A DNA stretch of 64,000 nt, from positions 65,431 to 129,430 of the forward strand of contig BPJL01000002.1 of the NCBI GenBank assembly GCA_026004595.1, given 5' to 3'. Each line of letters begins with the position of its first letter. Position 1 is the stretch's first letter. The notes beneath the pieces were generated by a model, which did not search any database, was not told the origin of the DNA, and was given only the letters and a program-made list of their open reading frames with translations. Of this stretch, positions 14,181 to 24,615 are shown in pieces. The translations under genes were made by a program, and so were the position numbers. The DNA comes from Patescibacteria group bacterium (GTDB lineage Bacteria > Patescibacteriota > WWE3 > UBA101185 > UBA10185).

Positions 14181-14546
14181 ATGTTGCAGATAGGAGCTAA
14201 GCTTAATCCAGCGGATAATTCCGGTGCCAAGAAGTTGCAAATAATTGGTATACCGGGGTCAAAAAAAACTGTAGCTAGAATTGGCGATCTAGTCACAGTA
14301 GCCGTAAAAGGAGCAGATCCCTCGGGTGCGGTTAAAGATCATTCTGTAGTCAAAGCAATAATTGTTAGGACCAAAAAAGAGGTGAGAAGAAAAGATGGCA
14401 GCTACATAAGATTTGATGATAATGCTGCTGTCGTTGTTGATAAGGACAAAAACATGGTGGGAACGCGCATATTCGGTCCGGTTGCTAGAGAGATTAGAGA
14501 CAAGGGATATTTAAAAATTGTGTCTTTGGCGAAAGAGGTTTGGTAG
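14181..14546 (+). CDS. rplN: 50S ribosomal protein uL14
   Basis: [16 protein letters not shown] and [11 protein letters not shown] motifs. Confidence 0.98.
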   Translation: MLQIGAKLNPADNSGAKKLQIIGIPGSKKTVARIGDLVTVAVKGADPSGAVKDHSVVKAIIVRTKKEVRRKDGSYIRFDDNAAVVVDKDKNMVGTRIFGPVAREIRDKGYLKIVSLAKEVW

Positions 14547-14550
14547 GTAT

Positions 14551-14868
14551 ATGAAAATACAAAAGGACGACAAAGTAAAAATAATATCAGGAAAAGATAG
14601 AGGGAAAGTCGGGAAGGTTCTTAGGGTTTATCCGTCAAGGGGTGAGGTTGTGGTTGAGGGTGTAAACATGGTGAAAAAACACATAAAGCCGGGAAAAGTT
14701 TCAAAAGAAGGCGGGATTATAAGCATGGAAAAGCCGGTCAAGATCTCAAATGTTATGTTGGTTGATCCCAAGACTGGAGAACCGGCTAAAGTTGGTTACA
14801 AAATAATTGATGGCAAAAAATACAGAATAAACAAAAAGACGGGAGAGGTTGTTGGAGCTAAAAAGTAA
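14551..14868 (+). CDS. rplX: 50S ribosomal protein uL24
   Basis: KOW motif DKVKIISGKDRGKVGKV and VEGVNMVKKH. Confidence 0.97.
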   Translation: MKIQKDDKVKIISGKDRGKVGKVLRVYPSRGEVVVEGVNMVKKHIKPGKVSKEGGIISMEKPVKISNVMLVDPKTGEPAKVGYKIIDGKKYRINKKTGEVVGAKK

Positions 14869-14869
14869 T

Positions 14870-15412
14870 ATGAACAGACTTAGGGAAAAATATATTAAAG
14901 AAATAGGCCCGAAGATGATGAAGGAATTCTCAATTTCCAATGTCATGGCATTGCCCAAAATTACAAAAATTTCTATAAATGCGGGAATAGGAAATTTCAG
15001 GGAAAACAGGGAGGCCGTTGAATCTTTTGTAGAGGAACTCTCAGCTTTGTCCGGCCAAAAGGCTTATCCGAGGAAAGCACGAAAGTCCGAAGCTGGGTTC
15101 AAAATGAGAAAAGGTGATATAGTAGGTTACTCTGTTACTTTGAGGGGTGAGAGGATGTGGGCATTTCTTGACAAGTTGATAAGCATTGCGATACCAAGAG
15201 TCAGGGATTTTAGAGGGCTTGAGGATTCTTTTGATGAGAATGGAAATTATTCATTAGGGATCAGAGAACACGTAATCTTTCCCGAAGTGAACCCTAACAC
15301 AACTAAAGGAATCAGGAGCATGCAATTAACAATTGTTTTTAACACAAAAGACAAAGAAAAGAATAAATATTTGCTGACGGCTCTTGGGATGCCGTTTAGG
15401 AAAGAAGAATAA
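14870..15412 (+). CDS. rplE: 50S ribosomal protein uL5
   Basis: [23 protein letters not shown] and GNYSLG motifs. Confidence 0.97.
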   Translation: MNRLREKYIKEIGPKMMKEFSISNVMALPKITKISINAGIGNFRENREAVESFVEELSALSGQKAYPRKARKSEAGFKMRKGDIVGYSVTLRGERMWAFLDKLISIAIPRVRDFRGLEDSFDENGNYSLGIREHVIFPEVNPNTTKGIRSMQLTIVFNTKDKEKNKYLLTALGMPFRKEE

Positions 15413-15413
15413 C

Positions 15414-15599
15414 ATGGCCAAAAAAGCTTTAATGTTAAAACAGAAGAAAAAACAGAAATTCAGTACCAGGGAATATCACAGGTGCCCTCTCTGCGGGAAC
15501 CCAAGGGGTTACTACAGGAGATTTAAAATGTGTAGGAAATGTTTTAGGGAGCTGGCTCACAAAGGCGAACTTCCTGGGATAAGAAAGGCAAGCTGGTAA
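15414..15599 (+). CDS. rpsZ: 30S ribosomal protein uS14, zinc-binding 61-aa type
   Basis: RCPLCG...CRKCFRELA...PGIRKASW. Confidence 0.95.
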   Translation: MAKKALMLKQKKKQKFSTREYHRCPLCGNPRGYYRRFKMCRKCFRELAHKGELPGIRKASW

Positions 15600-15997
15600 T
15601 GACTGCGGATAGATTATCAAACATGTTAAGCGCCTTGAAAAACGCCTCCATGGCGGGAAGGGGGGTAGTTGAGGTTATTTATTCAAGAGAGTGCGAGGAA
15701 GTTGCTAAAGTGTTGAAGGAAAAGGGTTTTCTCGAAGTAGTGAAGGTTTTCAAGCCCGAGAAATCCAGCGTAAAAAGACTTCATTTGGAAATTGCAAAAA
15801 AAGATGGTGTTTTCGCTCTTACTGAGGCAAAAAGAATCTCAAAGCCCGGGAGAAGGATTTATAAGGGTTCTGACCAAATCGGCACATACAAAAGGGGTTT
15901 TGGCGTAATGATATTGTCAACCTCGAAAGGCATAATGAGTTCAACCGAGGCTAGAAAGAAGAAGGTCGGGGGAGAGGTAATTTGCGAGGTATTTTAA
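15599..15997 (+). CDS. rpsH: 30S ribosomal protein uS8
   Basis: RISKPGRRIY, STSKGIM and GGEVIC motifs. Confidence 0.97.
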   Translation: MTADRLSNMLSALKNASMAGRGVVEVIYSRECEEVAKVLKEKGFLEVVKVFKPEKSSVKRLHLEIAKKDGVFALTEAKRISKPGRRIYKGSDQIGTYKRGFGVMILSTSKGIMSSTEARKKKVGGEVICEVF

Positions 15998-15999
15998 CT

Positions 16000-16548
16000 A
16001 TGTCAAGACTGGGTAAAACTCCAATAAAAATACCGTCAGGCGTTACTGTTGAGATAAACGGCAGTCTGGTTACTGTAAAAGGCCCCAAAGGCGAACTTAA
16101 GTTGAATGTGAGGCCCGAGATAGCGGTTAAAGTTGAGGGTGACGAAATAATTACTTCAATTGCCATAGAAACTAAGCAAGCAAGCGCATATTGGGGAATG
16201 ACCAGATCCCTGATATCAAACATGGTAGAAGGTGTTACTAAAGGATTTGAGAAAAATCTAGAGCTTGTTGGGGTTGGGTATAGAGCTAAGCAAGAAGGTC
16301 CTGACTCAATAACTCTTACTCTTGGTTTTTCCCACCCCATACTTTTTAAAGCTCCCGAGGGAATAAAGCTTGAGGTTGGAGAAAACCAGACAATTTCTGT
16401 CAGGGGAATAGATAAAAATCTTGTTGGCTTGACCGCAGCCAGAATTAGAAAAATGAGAAAACCCGAACCTTACAAGGGAAAAGGTGTAAGGTATGCAGGC
16501 GAAGTTGTAAGAAGAAAGGCCGGAAAGGCTGCAAAGTCCGCGAAGTAA
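16000..16548 (+). CDS. rplF: 50S ribosomal protein uL6
   Basis: [14 protein letters not shown] and [11 protein letters not shown] motifs. Confidence 0.98.
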   Translation: MSRLGKTPIKIPSGVTVEINGSLVTVKGPKGELKLNVRPEIAVKVEGDEIITSIAIETKQASAYWGMTRSLISNMVEGVTKGFEKNLELVGVGYRAKQEGPDSITLTLGFSHPILFKAPEGIKLEVGENQTISVRGIDKNLVGLTAARIRKMRKPEPYKGKGVRYAGEVVRRKAGKAAKSAK

Positions 16549-16552
16549 AAGT

Positions 16553-16912
16553 ATGTATAAAGTAACTTTAAGAAAAACGAATATTAAGCGAAGAAAATTA
16601 AGGGTAAGAAAAAAGGTTTTTGGTACCTCGTCCAAACCCCGTCTCTCGGTTCATAGAACCAACAAGTGTATATCAGCCCAATTGATCGATGATGTTAGGG
16701 GGCACACTTTGGCTGCAGCCACTTCGCAAGAGATAAAGGATCAAAAAGTAAAGACAAAAACGGAGGTATCTTTTGAAGTGGGAAAAGCTTTGGCAGACAG
16801 AGCTTTAAAGTCCAAAGTAAAAAGCGCCGTTTTTGATAGGAATGGTTACAAGTACCATGGCAGAGTCAAGGCGCTGGCAGAAGGAGCCAGAGAAGGAGGC
16901 TTAAATATATGA
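16553..16912 (+). CDS. rplR: 50S ribosomal protein uL18
   Basis: PRLSVHRT and [25 protein letters not shown] motifs. Confidence 0.97.
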   Translation: MYKVTLRKTNIKRRKLRVRKKVFGTSSKPRLSVHRTNKCISAQLIDDVRGHTLAAATSQEIKDQKVKTKTEVSFEVGKALADRALKSKVKSAVFDRNGYKYHGRVKALAEGAREGGLNI

Positions 16913-17367
16913 TAACCACCGATGTTGATGTAACAAAATATGATGAAATGGAAGAAAAGGTTATAGAGATTAGGAGGGTTTCGAAGAAAACCAAAGGGGG
17001 CAACACGATAGCCTTTGCGGTTTTGGCTGTTGTAGGTAATAAAAATGGGCGCGTCGGGATTGGTTACGGAAAAGCTCCTGATGTTGCGGCTTCAATTACC
17101 AAAGCGGTGGAAAAGGCCAAAAAATCTATGGTGAACATAAAGCTTAATGGTCCAACTATATCGCACGATGTTATGGCAAAATATGGTTCAGCCAAAGTGT
17201 TGCTTAAGCCGGCTCCCAAAGGTACCGGTATAATAGCTGGGGGAGCTGTCAGATCAGTATTGGAGCTTGCGGGGGTAAAGGATATCTCGGCTAAGATGAT
17301 CGGGGCAAGTAATAAGATTAGTAATGTCAGATGCACAATTAACGCGTTAAAGAAATTGAAAGGTTAA
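16909..17367 (+). CDS. rpsE: 30S ribosomal protein uS5
   Basis: RVSKKTKGG and [18 protein letters not shown] motifs. Confidence 0.97.
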   Translation: MITTDVDVTKYDEMEEKVIEIRRVSKKTKGGNTIAFAVLAVVGNKNGRVGIGYGKAPDVAASITKAVEKAKKSMVNIKLNGPTISHDVMAKYGSAKVLLKPAPKGTGIIAGGAVRSVLELAGVKDISAKMIGASNKISNVRCTINALKKLKG

Positions 17368-17372
17368 AGTTT

Positions 17373-17810
17373 ATGGATTTGTCTAATTTGAAAACAATAA
17401 AAACAAAGAAAAAAGCAAAGAGAATAGGACGCGGAATTGGATCGGGAAAAGGAGGACATACCGTTGGAAGAGGGACTAAGGGACAGAAGGCTAGAAAGGG
17501 TAAAAAGATAGCAGTGGGTTTTGAAGGTGGGCAAGTGCCTTTGTATAAAAGACTCCCCCAGTTAGGCGGATTTAAGTCAAGAAAAAGGGTTGTGTCGGTT
17601 AGGCTTTTGCAACTCAATAGGTTTGATGAGGGTGCTGAAGTTACCCCCGAACTTTTGATCAAGGAAAAAATTATTAAGAACAGAAAATTCAACAATGTTA
17701 AAATCGTTGGCGGTGGGGAGTTAAAAAAGAAACTAATTCTAAAAGGATTTAGTTACTCTAAGGGATCTTACGAGTCAGTGAAAAAATCCGGCTCTACCAT
17801 AAATGATTAA
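17373..17810 (+). CDS. rplO: 50S ribosomal protein uL15
   Basis: RIGRGIGSGKG and GFEGGQVPLYKRLP motifs; follows rpsE after 5 bp with no rpmD between. Confidence 0.97.
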   Translation: MDLSNLKTIKTKKKAKRIGRGIGSGKGGHTVGRGTKGQKARKGKKIAVGFEGGQVPLYKRLPQLGGFKSRKRVVSVRLLQLNRFDEGAEVTPELLIKEKIIKNRKFNNVKIVGGGELKKKLILKGFSYSKGSYESVKKSGSTIND

Positions 17811-19059
17811 ACTTTTTAGATATCCTGAAGTAAGAGCAAAAATTATTTTTACACTGTCAATTATTGTTATTTTTCGTCTCCTTGCTCACGTTCCGGTTCC
17901 AGGTGTTAACATTGAAACGATCAGGGCTTTCCTTTCCGGGAGCGCGTTGTTTGGAATGTTCGATCTTTTCAGCGGGGGAGGTTTTCAGAATTTTTCAATA
18001 GTAACTCTAGGACTTGGCCCTTATATAAATGCTTCAATTGTCATGCAGCTTCTTACTGTTATGGTGCCGTCCCTTGAGGAGTTATCAAAAGAGGGGGAGT
18101 ATGGTCGTGAAAAAATAAATCTATACACTAAGTATCTAACGGTTCCGATGACGATATTTCAAGCGTACGGAATTTACTTCCTTCTTAATAGGCAGGGAGC
18201 TCTTCCGACCCTATCTCCGATTGATCTTGTTGTTTTGATGATTACGCTGTCGGCGGGAGCTATGTTTTTGGTTTGGCTTGGCGACTTAGTGACTGAGAGA
18301 GGTGTGGGAAATGGGGTGTCATTGCTTATATTCGTGGGAATAATAAGCAGGCTTCCTCAGTCTTTATATGCTTTTGTGGCTACAATGACGGCGGAGACTT
18401 TTTTTAATACTTTGTTGTTCGCGGCCCTTGCCATAGCGGTTATCGTCGGTGTTGTTTTTGTAAACGAGGGTACTAGAAATATCGTTATAGAATATGGAAG
18501 AAGCAGCACAAGGAGCCAGAAAGTTACAAATTATCTTCCTTTAAAAGTTAATCAGGCGGGAGTAATTCCCATAATTTTTGCGGTAAGCGTTGTTTTAATT
18601 CCTTCTATGCTTGCTAATCCAATGATGGCATCGGGTAATTATTTTTTAAGGAATGTGGGAAGATTTTTGTCAGTTAACTTTAGTCAAAACGATCTGCCCT
18701 ACAACATTTTGTATTTTTTGCTTGTCGTCGTGTTCACATTTTTTTACACCGGCATTCAATTTAATCCACAGAAAATAGCAGATGACGTCAAAAAGCGCGG
18801 AGGTTTTATACCTGGGATACGACCGGGTATGGGTACGGCGCAATATCTTAAAAATGTTGTTAATAGAATAACTCTGGCAGGGGCGGTTTTTCTTGGTCTT
18901 ATAGCTATTCTTCCGTATTTTGTCCAGCAGCTTGCCGGCGTAACTACTTTGACAATTGGGGGAACCGGGCTTCTTATTGTAGTTTCGGTTGTCTTGGAAA
19001 CAATAAGACAAATAGAATCCCAAATGGTAACAAGAAGCTATGATAGGTTTTTGTTCTAA
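17803..19059 (+). CDS. secY: Preprotein translocase subunit SecY
   Basis: PYINASIVMQLL, GVGNGVSLLIF, QAGVIPIIFA and FIPGIRPG motifs. Confidence 0.98.
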   Translation: MIKLFRYPEVRAKIIFTLSIIVIFRLLAHVPVPGVNIETIRAFLSGSALFGMFDLFSGGGFQNFSIVTLGLGPYINASIVMQLLTVMVPSLEELSKEGEYGREKINLYTKYLTVPMTIFQAYGIYFLLNRQGALPTLSPIDLVVLMITLSAGAMFLVWLGDLVTERGVGNGVSLLIFVGIISRLPQSLYAFVATMTAETFFNTLLFAALAIAVIVGVVFVNEGTRNIVIEYGRSSTRSQKVTNYLPLKVNQAGVIPIIFAVSVVLIPSMLANPMMASGNYFLRNVGRFLSVNFSQNDLPYNILYFLLVVVFTFFYTGIQFNPQKIADDVKKRGGFIPGIRPGMGTAQYLKNVVNRITLAGAVFLGLIAILPYFVQQLAGVTTLTIGGTGLLIVVSVVLETIRQIESQMVTRSYDRFLF

Positions 19060-19068
19060 GGAGGAAAT

Positions 19069-19335
19069 ATGTTTGATAAAATTAAGGATCTTAACAAATT
19101 AAGAAAAACCCAAGCAGAAATTAAAAGACAGCTTGAAAATATTTTTGTTACTTCGGAGAAAGGAAGATTTAGAGTTGTGATAAGAGGCGACAAGAGAATT
19201 GAAAAACTGGAAATAGATGGACAGGACGACAAAGCCTTGAGGGAGATGCTTAACGATGCTTTTAAGGATGTGGACAAAAAGGTTGAAAAGCAAATGAGAG
19301 GGCAGATGCAGGAACTGGGCTTGCCCGGATTTTAG
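19069..19335 (+). CDS. YbaB/EbfC-family nucleoid-associated protein
   Basis: 88 aa with an N-terminal coiled coil, a V-V-I-R-G-D...LEID beta core, and an LNDAFKDV..K helix ending LGLPGF. AAGGAGG SD upstream. Confidence 0.75.
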   Translation: MFDKIKDLNKLRKTQAEIKRQLENIFVTSEKGRFRVVIRGDKRIEKLEIDGQDDKALREMLNDAFKDVDKKVEKQMRGQMQELGLPGF

Positions 19336-19337
19336 AT

Positions 19338-19958
19338 ATGAAAATACTTCTGATAGGTCCGATAGGATCAGGAAAAGGAACGCAGGGAGAGATGCTAAGC
19401 GAGTACTTGCATTTGCCCTTGATTTCAGTGGGGCAGGTATTGCGGGATTTAAGCCCTGACCACCCATGGTTTGGTGAAATTAATAAAGCTATGTTGGCAG
19501 GAAACCCCGCTCCCCAAGACAAGGTTGCTTCTCTGTTGAAAGAAATAGTTGCCGGCAAAGAATTTGAGAGGGGGTACATAATGGATGGCTGGGGGAGAGC
19601 TCTTGAGGATTGGCAATATTTTGACCCCGATTACGACAAGGTAATAGTTATAAACGTTTCTCCTGAAACTTCGGTTTCTCGTCTTTCTACTAGAAGAACC
19701 TGCGAATCTTGCGGAGCGGTTTATAACATTGTTTCCAAACCCCCCAAAGTTGAGGGGGTGTGTGATAGGTGCGGTGGTGTTTTGAAGCAAAGAGAGGATG
19801 ACACAGAAGAGGCAGTAAAAAGAAGATTGGAGATATATAACAATGAAACGGTCAAGACTATTGACAGGTTTCGGTCAGAAGGAAAGCTTATTGAGGTGGA
19901 TGGCGAGGGAACAGCCGAAGAAGTCTTTGAGGATATAAAGAAACATTTTGTAAAGTAA
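19338..19958 (+). CDS. adk: Adenylate kinase (Zn-lid type)
   Basis: P-loop GPIGSGKGTQ, lid CESC...CDRC, and QREDD motifs. Confidence 0.93.
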   Translation: MKILLIGPIGSGKGTQGEMLSEYLHLPLISVGQVLRDLSPDHPWFGEINKAMLAGNPAPQDKVASLLKEIVAGKEFERGYIMDGWGRALEDWQYFDPDYDKVIVINVSPETSVSRLSTRRTCESCGAVYNIVSKPPKVEGVCDRCGGVLKQREDDTEEAVKRRLEIYNNETVKTIDRFRSEGKLIEVDGEGTAEEVFEDIKKHFVK

Positions 19959-20015
19959 ACGTTTGGTAATTTAGCTGCACCACCAACCTTTCTAGTGCTT
20001 TTTATATCTTTGGTC

Positions 20016-20021
20016 TATAAT
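20016..20021 (+). promoter_or_regulatory. -10 element 7 nt before ATG 20029 (leaderless-type promoter)
   Basis: TATAAT-ttctcta-ATG, with no SD. Confidence 0.55.
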
Positions 20022-20028
20022 TTCTCTA

Positions 20029-21034
20029 ATGTCTATTATTAAGCGTAAAAAGAAGCTCGGGATAGTTAAGAACTGGAGGCAGCAACCCAAATCCATCGAA
20101 AAGTATCAATTTGTTTACGCTTTTTTGCCCCATCCGGAGCACAAGAGAAGGGCGGCGTTGTTGTCAAACAAGGCAATAGTAATATATTGCGTTGCGATGG
20201 TCTTAATAGCCGGTTTTTTTTAGACTGCTTCCCTCAGTTATGCCAGGAGTTTTGGGATACGCGTCTAACATATCCGTTAAAGATCTTTTGGAATATACAA
20301 ATGCGAAAAGGAGGGATTCGGGGCTTTCTGAATTGAGACTAAATGCCGCTCTTTCAGCGGCCGCGAAGCTAAAGGCCGAAGATATGTTTAAGAATCAGTA
20401 TTGGGCGCACGTGTCTCCCAGCGGAAAAGAGCCGTGGGATTTTATATTAAGCCAGAATTATGACTATATATACGCTGGGGAAAACCTGGCCAAGAATTTC
20501 AACAACTCTAAGGATGTGGTAGAAGCTTGGATGAAGTCGCAGTCGCATAGAGAAAATTTATTAAGCCCAAATTACGACGAGATAGGATTTGCGGTTGTAA
20601 ACGGGGTCATGGATGGTTACGAGACAACCCTTGTTGTTCAAATGTTTGGAAGGCCAAGAACTGCTTCTCAAGTAGCTTCAGTATATGAGGAGCAGGCAGT
20701 TTTAGAGAAGGAAGCGAAGGCGACTGCGGCTGTTTCGGAAAGAGAATCATCTGTAACCACAGCCGGTGTAGCTGGAGGCGCTCCGTCGGGAGAGATGTCG
20801 GTTTATACTCCTGTGGAAGCTCCGGCTAAGCCAACCATCGATGTTACTACCGCCGCCAAAACTGTAAGTGCGGTATTCGGAGGGTTTGTAGGCACCCTGC
20901 TTGCTTTGGATGTGTGGTATTCACGAAAGAAACAAATCCGTAAATTTAACGGTCACACGCTAGCCCATCTGGGTGTACTAGTTTTAGTAGTTGCGAGTAT
21001 TTGGTTTGTTCTTACCCCGGGGATAGTCTTATGA
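20029..21034 (+). CDS. Membrane-anchored CAP/SCP-domain protein (one extra T near 20214-20221)
   Basis: ORFs 20029-20223 and 20240-21034 join as AGFF-RLLPSVMPGVLGYASNI. CAP motifs YWAH, AGENLA and WMKSQSHRENLL; N- and C-terminal TM helices. Confidence 0.88.
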
Positions 21035-21291
21035 AAGAAAAAACCGACACCCACCTTTTGGAATATTCAGTCCTTTTGATTTTTATGGTCTTGCTTGTAC
21101 TTCTTTTTTACTATTTTAGATATGATCATGTTGTTTTAATTTTTTTGTCGGGGATAGCATCTATATCCTACATACTTTGGGGTATAATTCATCATGCTCT
21201 GGAAGGAAGATTGACTAAGTTTGTGGCCATGGAATATATTGCATTCGGCCTCCTTGTCTTTCTGCTCTTCTTCACTGTCCTGAACTTTTAA
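21031..21291 (+). CDS. Small membrane protein (about 3 TM), unknown function
   Basis: 86-aa hydrophobic ORF with WGIIHH; overlaps the upstream stop and ends 4 bp before the next gene. Confidence 0.75.
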   Translation: MKEKTDTHLLEYSVLLIFMVLLVLLFYYFRYDHVVLIFLSGIASISYILWGIIHHALEGRLTKFVAMEYIAFGLLVFLLFFTVLNF

Positions 21292-21295
21292 TAAT

Positions 21296-22420
21296 ATGAA
21301 AATAGTTGTAGTAATACCCACTTATAATGAGGTGGAGAACATAGGAAGGCTTTGCGATGCTCTTCAGCAAGAGTTTTTACAAAGACCTGATCACGAATTT
21401 CATATTTTGGTGGTAGAGGGAAATTCTCCGGACGGTACTGCACAGGTTGTTCGTGAAAAAATGAAGGTGTACCCAAACGTGCATTTGCTTATGGAAAAGA
21501 AAAAGGCAGGCTTGGGCGCTGCCTACGTGTATGGATTTAAGGAAGCCATGAACAGTTTGCAGGCTGATGTGATAGTTGAGATGGACGCAGATTTTCAGCA
21601 TGACCCAAAGGATCTGCCGCGGCTTGTAGATGAGATTGGCAACGGATACGATTATGTCATAGGGTCAAGGTTTGCCAGGGGTGGAAGTATTCCCAAGGAG
21701 TGGGCGTTTAAGAGAAAGCTTTTCAGCATCGGCGGCAATATGTTTTCCAAATTCGTGCTGGGCATATTTAATGTCAATGATTTTACTTCGGGGTTCAAGG
21801 CCTCAAGAGTTAAAGGGTTTGTTGATCACCTTCCTTTAGATTCAATTCTGTCTCAAGGGTTCGCGTATAAGATAGATCTGCTGTTTAGGATGCATAGGCT
21901 TGGCGCAAAAATAAAAGAAGTTCCGATTAAATTCGGCATTAGAGATCGTGGAGATTCTAAAATGGAAAATAATAATTTGATGGACAGTTTGAGGGTAGTA
22001 ATGGTGTTGAGGTATAACGAGAGTAAAAATTTTATCAGGTTTTTCTTTGTTGGAATCGTAGGATTTATAGTGGATGGTGGTTTATTCAATATTCTTCGGT
22101 TAACTGTACTAAGCTCTCAAAATTCCGTGCTGGTTTCGGGATTAGTTGCGATGACGGTAACCTTTATTCTTAACAACTATTGGTCTTTCGGTGAGAGGAA
22201 ATTGGAGGGGACAAAGAAGAAAGCTGTAAGTTATGTGTTTTATGTTTTCACATCGATGATCCCGATTGTTTTCAGATCTAAGTTGGTTGGATTTTCGGTC
22301 AACAAGTTTGGTGACACCGCTTTGGTCTCCAATACGGCTTTTATAATTGGGATAATAATAGGTCTTATATGGAACTTTACTATTTATAGTAAAATTATCT
22401 GGAAAGACAGGAAAAAATAA
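21296..22420 (+). CDS. Polyprenol-phosphate mannose synthase-like GT2 fused to a GtrA-like domain
   Basis: IPTYNEVENI, SPDGTA, EMDADFQHDP and DFTSGF motifs; C-terminal 4-TM FIRFFFVG...NNYWSF...WNF GtrA pattern. Confidence 0.88.
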   Translation: MKIVVVIPTYNEVENIGRLCDALQQEFLQRPDHEFHILVVEGNSPDGTAQVVREKMKVYPNVHLLMEKKKAGLGAAYVYGFKEAMNSLQADVIVEMDADFQHDPKDLPRLVDEIGNGYDYVIGSRFARGGSIPKEWAFKRKLFSIGGNMFSKFVLGIFNVNDFTSGFKASRVKGFVDHLPLDSILSQGFAYKIDLLFRMHRLGAKIKEVPIKFGIRDRGDSKMENNNLMDSLRVVMVLRYNESKNFIRFFFVGIVGFIVDGGLFNILRLTVLSSQNSVLVSGLVAMTVTFILNNYWSFGERKLEGTKKKAVSYVFYVFTSMIPIVFRSKLVGFSVNKFGDTALVSNTAFIIGIIIGLIWNFTIYSKIIWKDRKK

Positions 22421-23178
22421 TGAACTACTCAATTGTTATACCAGCATACAATGAAGCCGATAAGATAACCTCATCTCTGACACAGGCTGTAAGTTTTATG
22501 AAAACTTTTTGCGACTCTTTTGAAATCATTGTTGTTGATGATGGAAGTAAAGATGCAACGGCAAGTTTGGTTGAGGAATATTCTAAAGATAATCCCGAGG
22601 TAAAGGTAATAAGGAATCCGCATAAGGGAAAAGGTTTTGCGGTTTATACCGGAATGATGGAAGCAAGAGGCGATCTTATTTATATGGCCGATGCCGACCT
22701 GTCCGCTCCAATGACAGAGTTAAAAAAATTGGCTGTTTGGGTTGTTGACCAGGACTTTGATATTGCCATAGCCACAAGGGAAGGGGTTGGAGCTGAGAGA
22801 ATAGGCGAACCTTTTTACCGGCATATAATGGGGAGGGTTTTTAATCTAATAATTCAAATTGTTGCTCTTCCTGGAATACGTGACAGCCAATGTGGTTTCA
22901 AGCTTTTCAAGGGGAAGGTTGCAAAAGACATATTCAGCAGATTGCGTGTTTATGGCAAAGAAACAAAAGAACTAAGTAAGCCATATACCGGGGCATGGGA
23001 TGTTGAAGTTTTGTATCTGGCAAAGAAGCTGGGGTATAATGTCAAACAGGTTCCGATAGTATGGACACATGTGAAAACAACAAGGGTAAGCCCGGTACGC
23101 GATTCTGTTAAAATGCTTTTTGATGTTTTAAAAATTAGGTTTAATGACCTCAGGGGATTGTACAAATCTGCTCATTAG
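22420..23178 (+). CDS. Dolichyl/polyprenyl-phosphate glucosyltransferase-like GT2 (ALG5/DPG-synthase type)
   Basis: IPAYNEA, DDGSKD, GKGFAV, ADAD, DSQCGFKLF and WDVEVL motifs. Confidence 0.85.
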   Translation: MNYSIVIPAYNEADKITSSLTQAVSFMKTFCDSFEIIVVDDGSKDATASLVEEYSKDNPEVKVIRNPHKGKGFAVYTGMMEARGDLIYMADADLSAPMTELKKLAVWVVDQDFDIAIATREGVGAERIGEPFYRHIMGRVFNLIIQIVALPGIRDSQCGFKLFKGKVAKDIFSRLRVYGKETKELSKPYTGAWDVEVLYLAKKLGYNVKQVPIVWTHVKTTRVSPVRDSVKMLFDVLKIRFNDLRGLYKSAH

Positions 23179-23229
23179 AGCACCTCACAACTGCTATCAA
23201 GTATATATTTCGGGGGTGTAACACAAAAT

Positions 23230-24615
23230 ATGAAACTATGCGTTATAGGGACAGGTTATGTTGGTTTGGTAGGCGCCGCGATTTTTGCCGATTGGGGGAA
23301 TTTTGTAGTTGGTGTAGACATTGATTCCGAGAAAATTGAAAGGATAAAAAAGGGCGAAATGCCAATTTATGAGCCGGGGCTTTCCGATATAGTTTTAAAA
23401 AATATTTCTCAGGGAAGACTAACTTTTACGACCTCTATTGCTGAAGGAATAAAAGACTCCGAGATTGTTTTTGTTTGCGTTGGGACTCCCCAAAGTGATA
23501 CCGGAGCTGCCGACCTGAGTGCTGTCTGGGAAGTAGCAAGAGAAATTGGCAAAAATATGAACGGTTACAAAGTTATAGTTACCAAAAGCACTGTGCCGAT
23601 CGGTACAAATGAGAAGGTTAAAGCCATAGTGAAGGAAAATCTGCCCGATCCTAGTATAGAATTTGATGTTGTGTCAAATCCGGAATTCCTTAGGGAGGGC
23701 TCCTCAGTTGAAGATATGAAGTCACCAGATAGGACGGTTGTTGGTTCGGATTCAGAACGGGCATTGGCAATAATGAGGAGATTATATGAGCACCTCAATT
23801 CTCCTATTGTGGAATGCGATTTGAGATCGGCAGAGATGATTAAGTATGCCTCAAACGGCTTTTTGGCCACGAAAATCTCCTTTATAAATGAGATCGCGCA
23901 GATATGTGAGAGATCGGGCGCTGATGTTTCGGTAGTTGCAAAAGGAATGGGTTTGGACAGAAGAATCGGACCCGCCTTTTTGAATGCAGGTATTGGATAC
24001 GGGGGGAGCTGTTTTCCAAAAGATGTTGCTGCTTTATATAAGACTTCAACCGATCAAGATTACGATTTCAAGCTCTTGAGAGGTGTGATGGAAGTTAATA
24101 TTGCTCAGCGTGAGCATTTTATGAATAAAGTTCTAAGGCATTTTGGTAAGAATTTAAGTGGGAGAACATTTGCTGTCTTGGGTCTTGCTTTCAAAGGCAA
24201 TACTGATGACATAAGGGATTCAGTTGCGATTGAAATAGTGAAAAGACTTAGGGGGTTGGGTGCCGTTTTGAAAGTATACGACCCCCAGGCAATGTACAAT
24301 GCTAAGCAAGCGTTAGGCGCCGTGAACATTGAATATTGTTTGGACAAGTATGAGACGATGCCGGGTGCTGATGCATTATTTATACTTACCGAATGGAAAG
24401 AGTTCGGGTTGTTGGAATTAGATAAGGTTAAATCTTTCTTAAAATCTCCGGTGATTTTTGACGGCCGCAACCTACTGGATAAGGAAAAAGTTGAAAACTT
24501 GGGTTTTACATATTTTGCCGTTGGTAAAAGAACTAATGGTCTTGTTAAAATAGATACAAGGAATCTGTACCAGACAGTACTGCTGAATACAAATGGATCA
24601 ATTGGCCACCATTAA
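23230..24615 (+). CDS. ugd: UDP-glucose/GDP-mannose 6-dehydrogenase
   Basis: GTGYVG, SNPEFLREG, GYGGSCFPKD and GLAFK..TDD motifs. Confidence 0.93.
   Translation: MKLCVIGTGYVGLVGAAIFADWGNFVVGVDIDSEKIERIKKGEMPIYEPGLSDIVLKNISQGRLTFTTSIAEGIKDSEIVFVCVGTPQSDTGAADLSAVWEVAREIGKNMNGYKVIVTKSTVPIGTNEKVKAIVKENLPDPSIEFDVVSNPEFLREGSSVEDMKSPDRTVVGSDSERALAIMRRLYEHLNSPIVECDLRSAEMIKYASNGFLATKISFINEIAQICERSGADVSVVAKGMGLDRRIGPAFLNAGIGYGGSCFPKDVAALYKTSTDQDYDFKLLRGVMEVNIAQREHFMNKVLRHFGKNLSGRTFAVLGLAFKGNTDDIRDSVAIEIVKRLRGLGAVLKVYDPQAMYNAKQALGAVNIEYCLDKYETMPGADALFILTEWKEFGLLELDKVKSFLKSPVIFDGRNLLDKEKVENLGFTYFAVGKRTNGLVKIDTRNLYQTVLLNTNGSIGHH

Noticed and set aside
21296-22420. GT2-GtrA fusion as a novelty
   Set aside because: This is a well-known domain architecture, so it is listed as a feature only.
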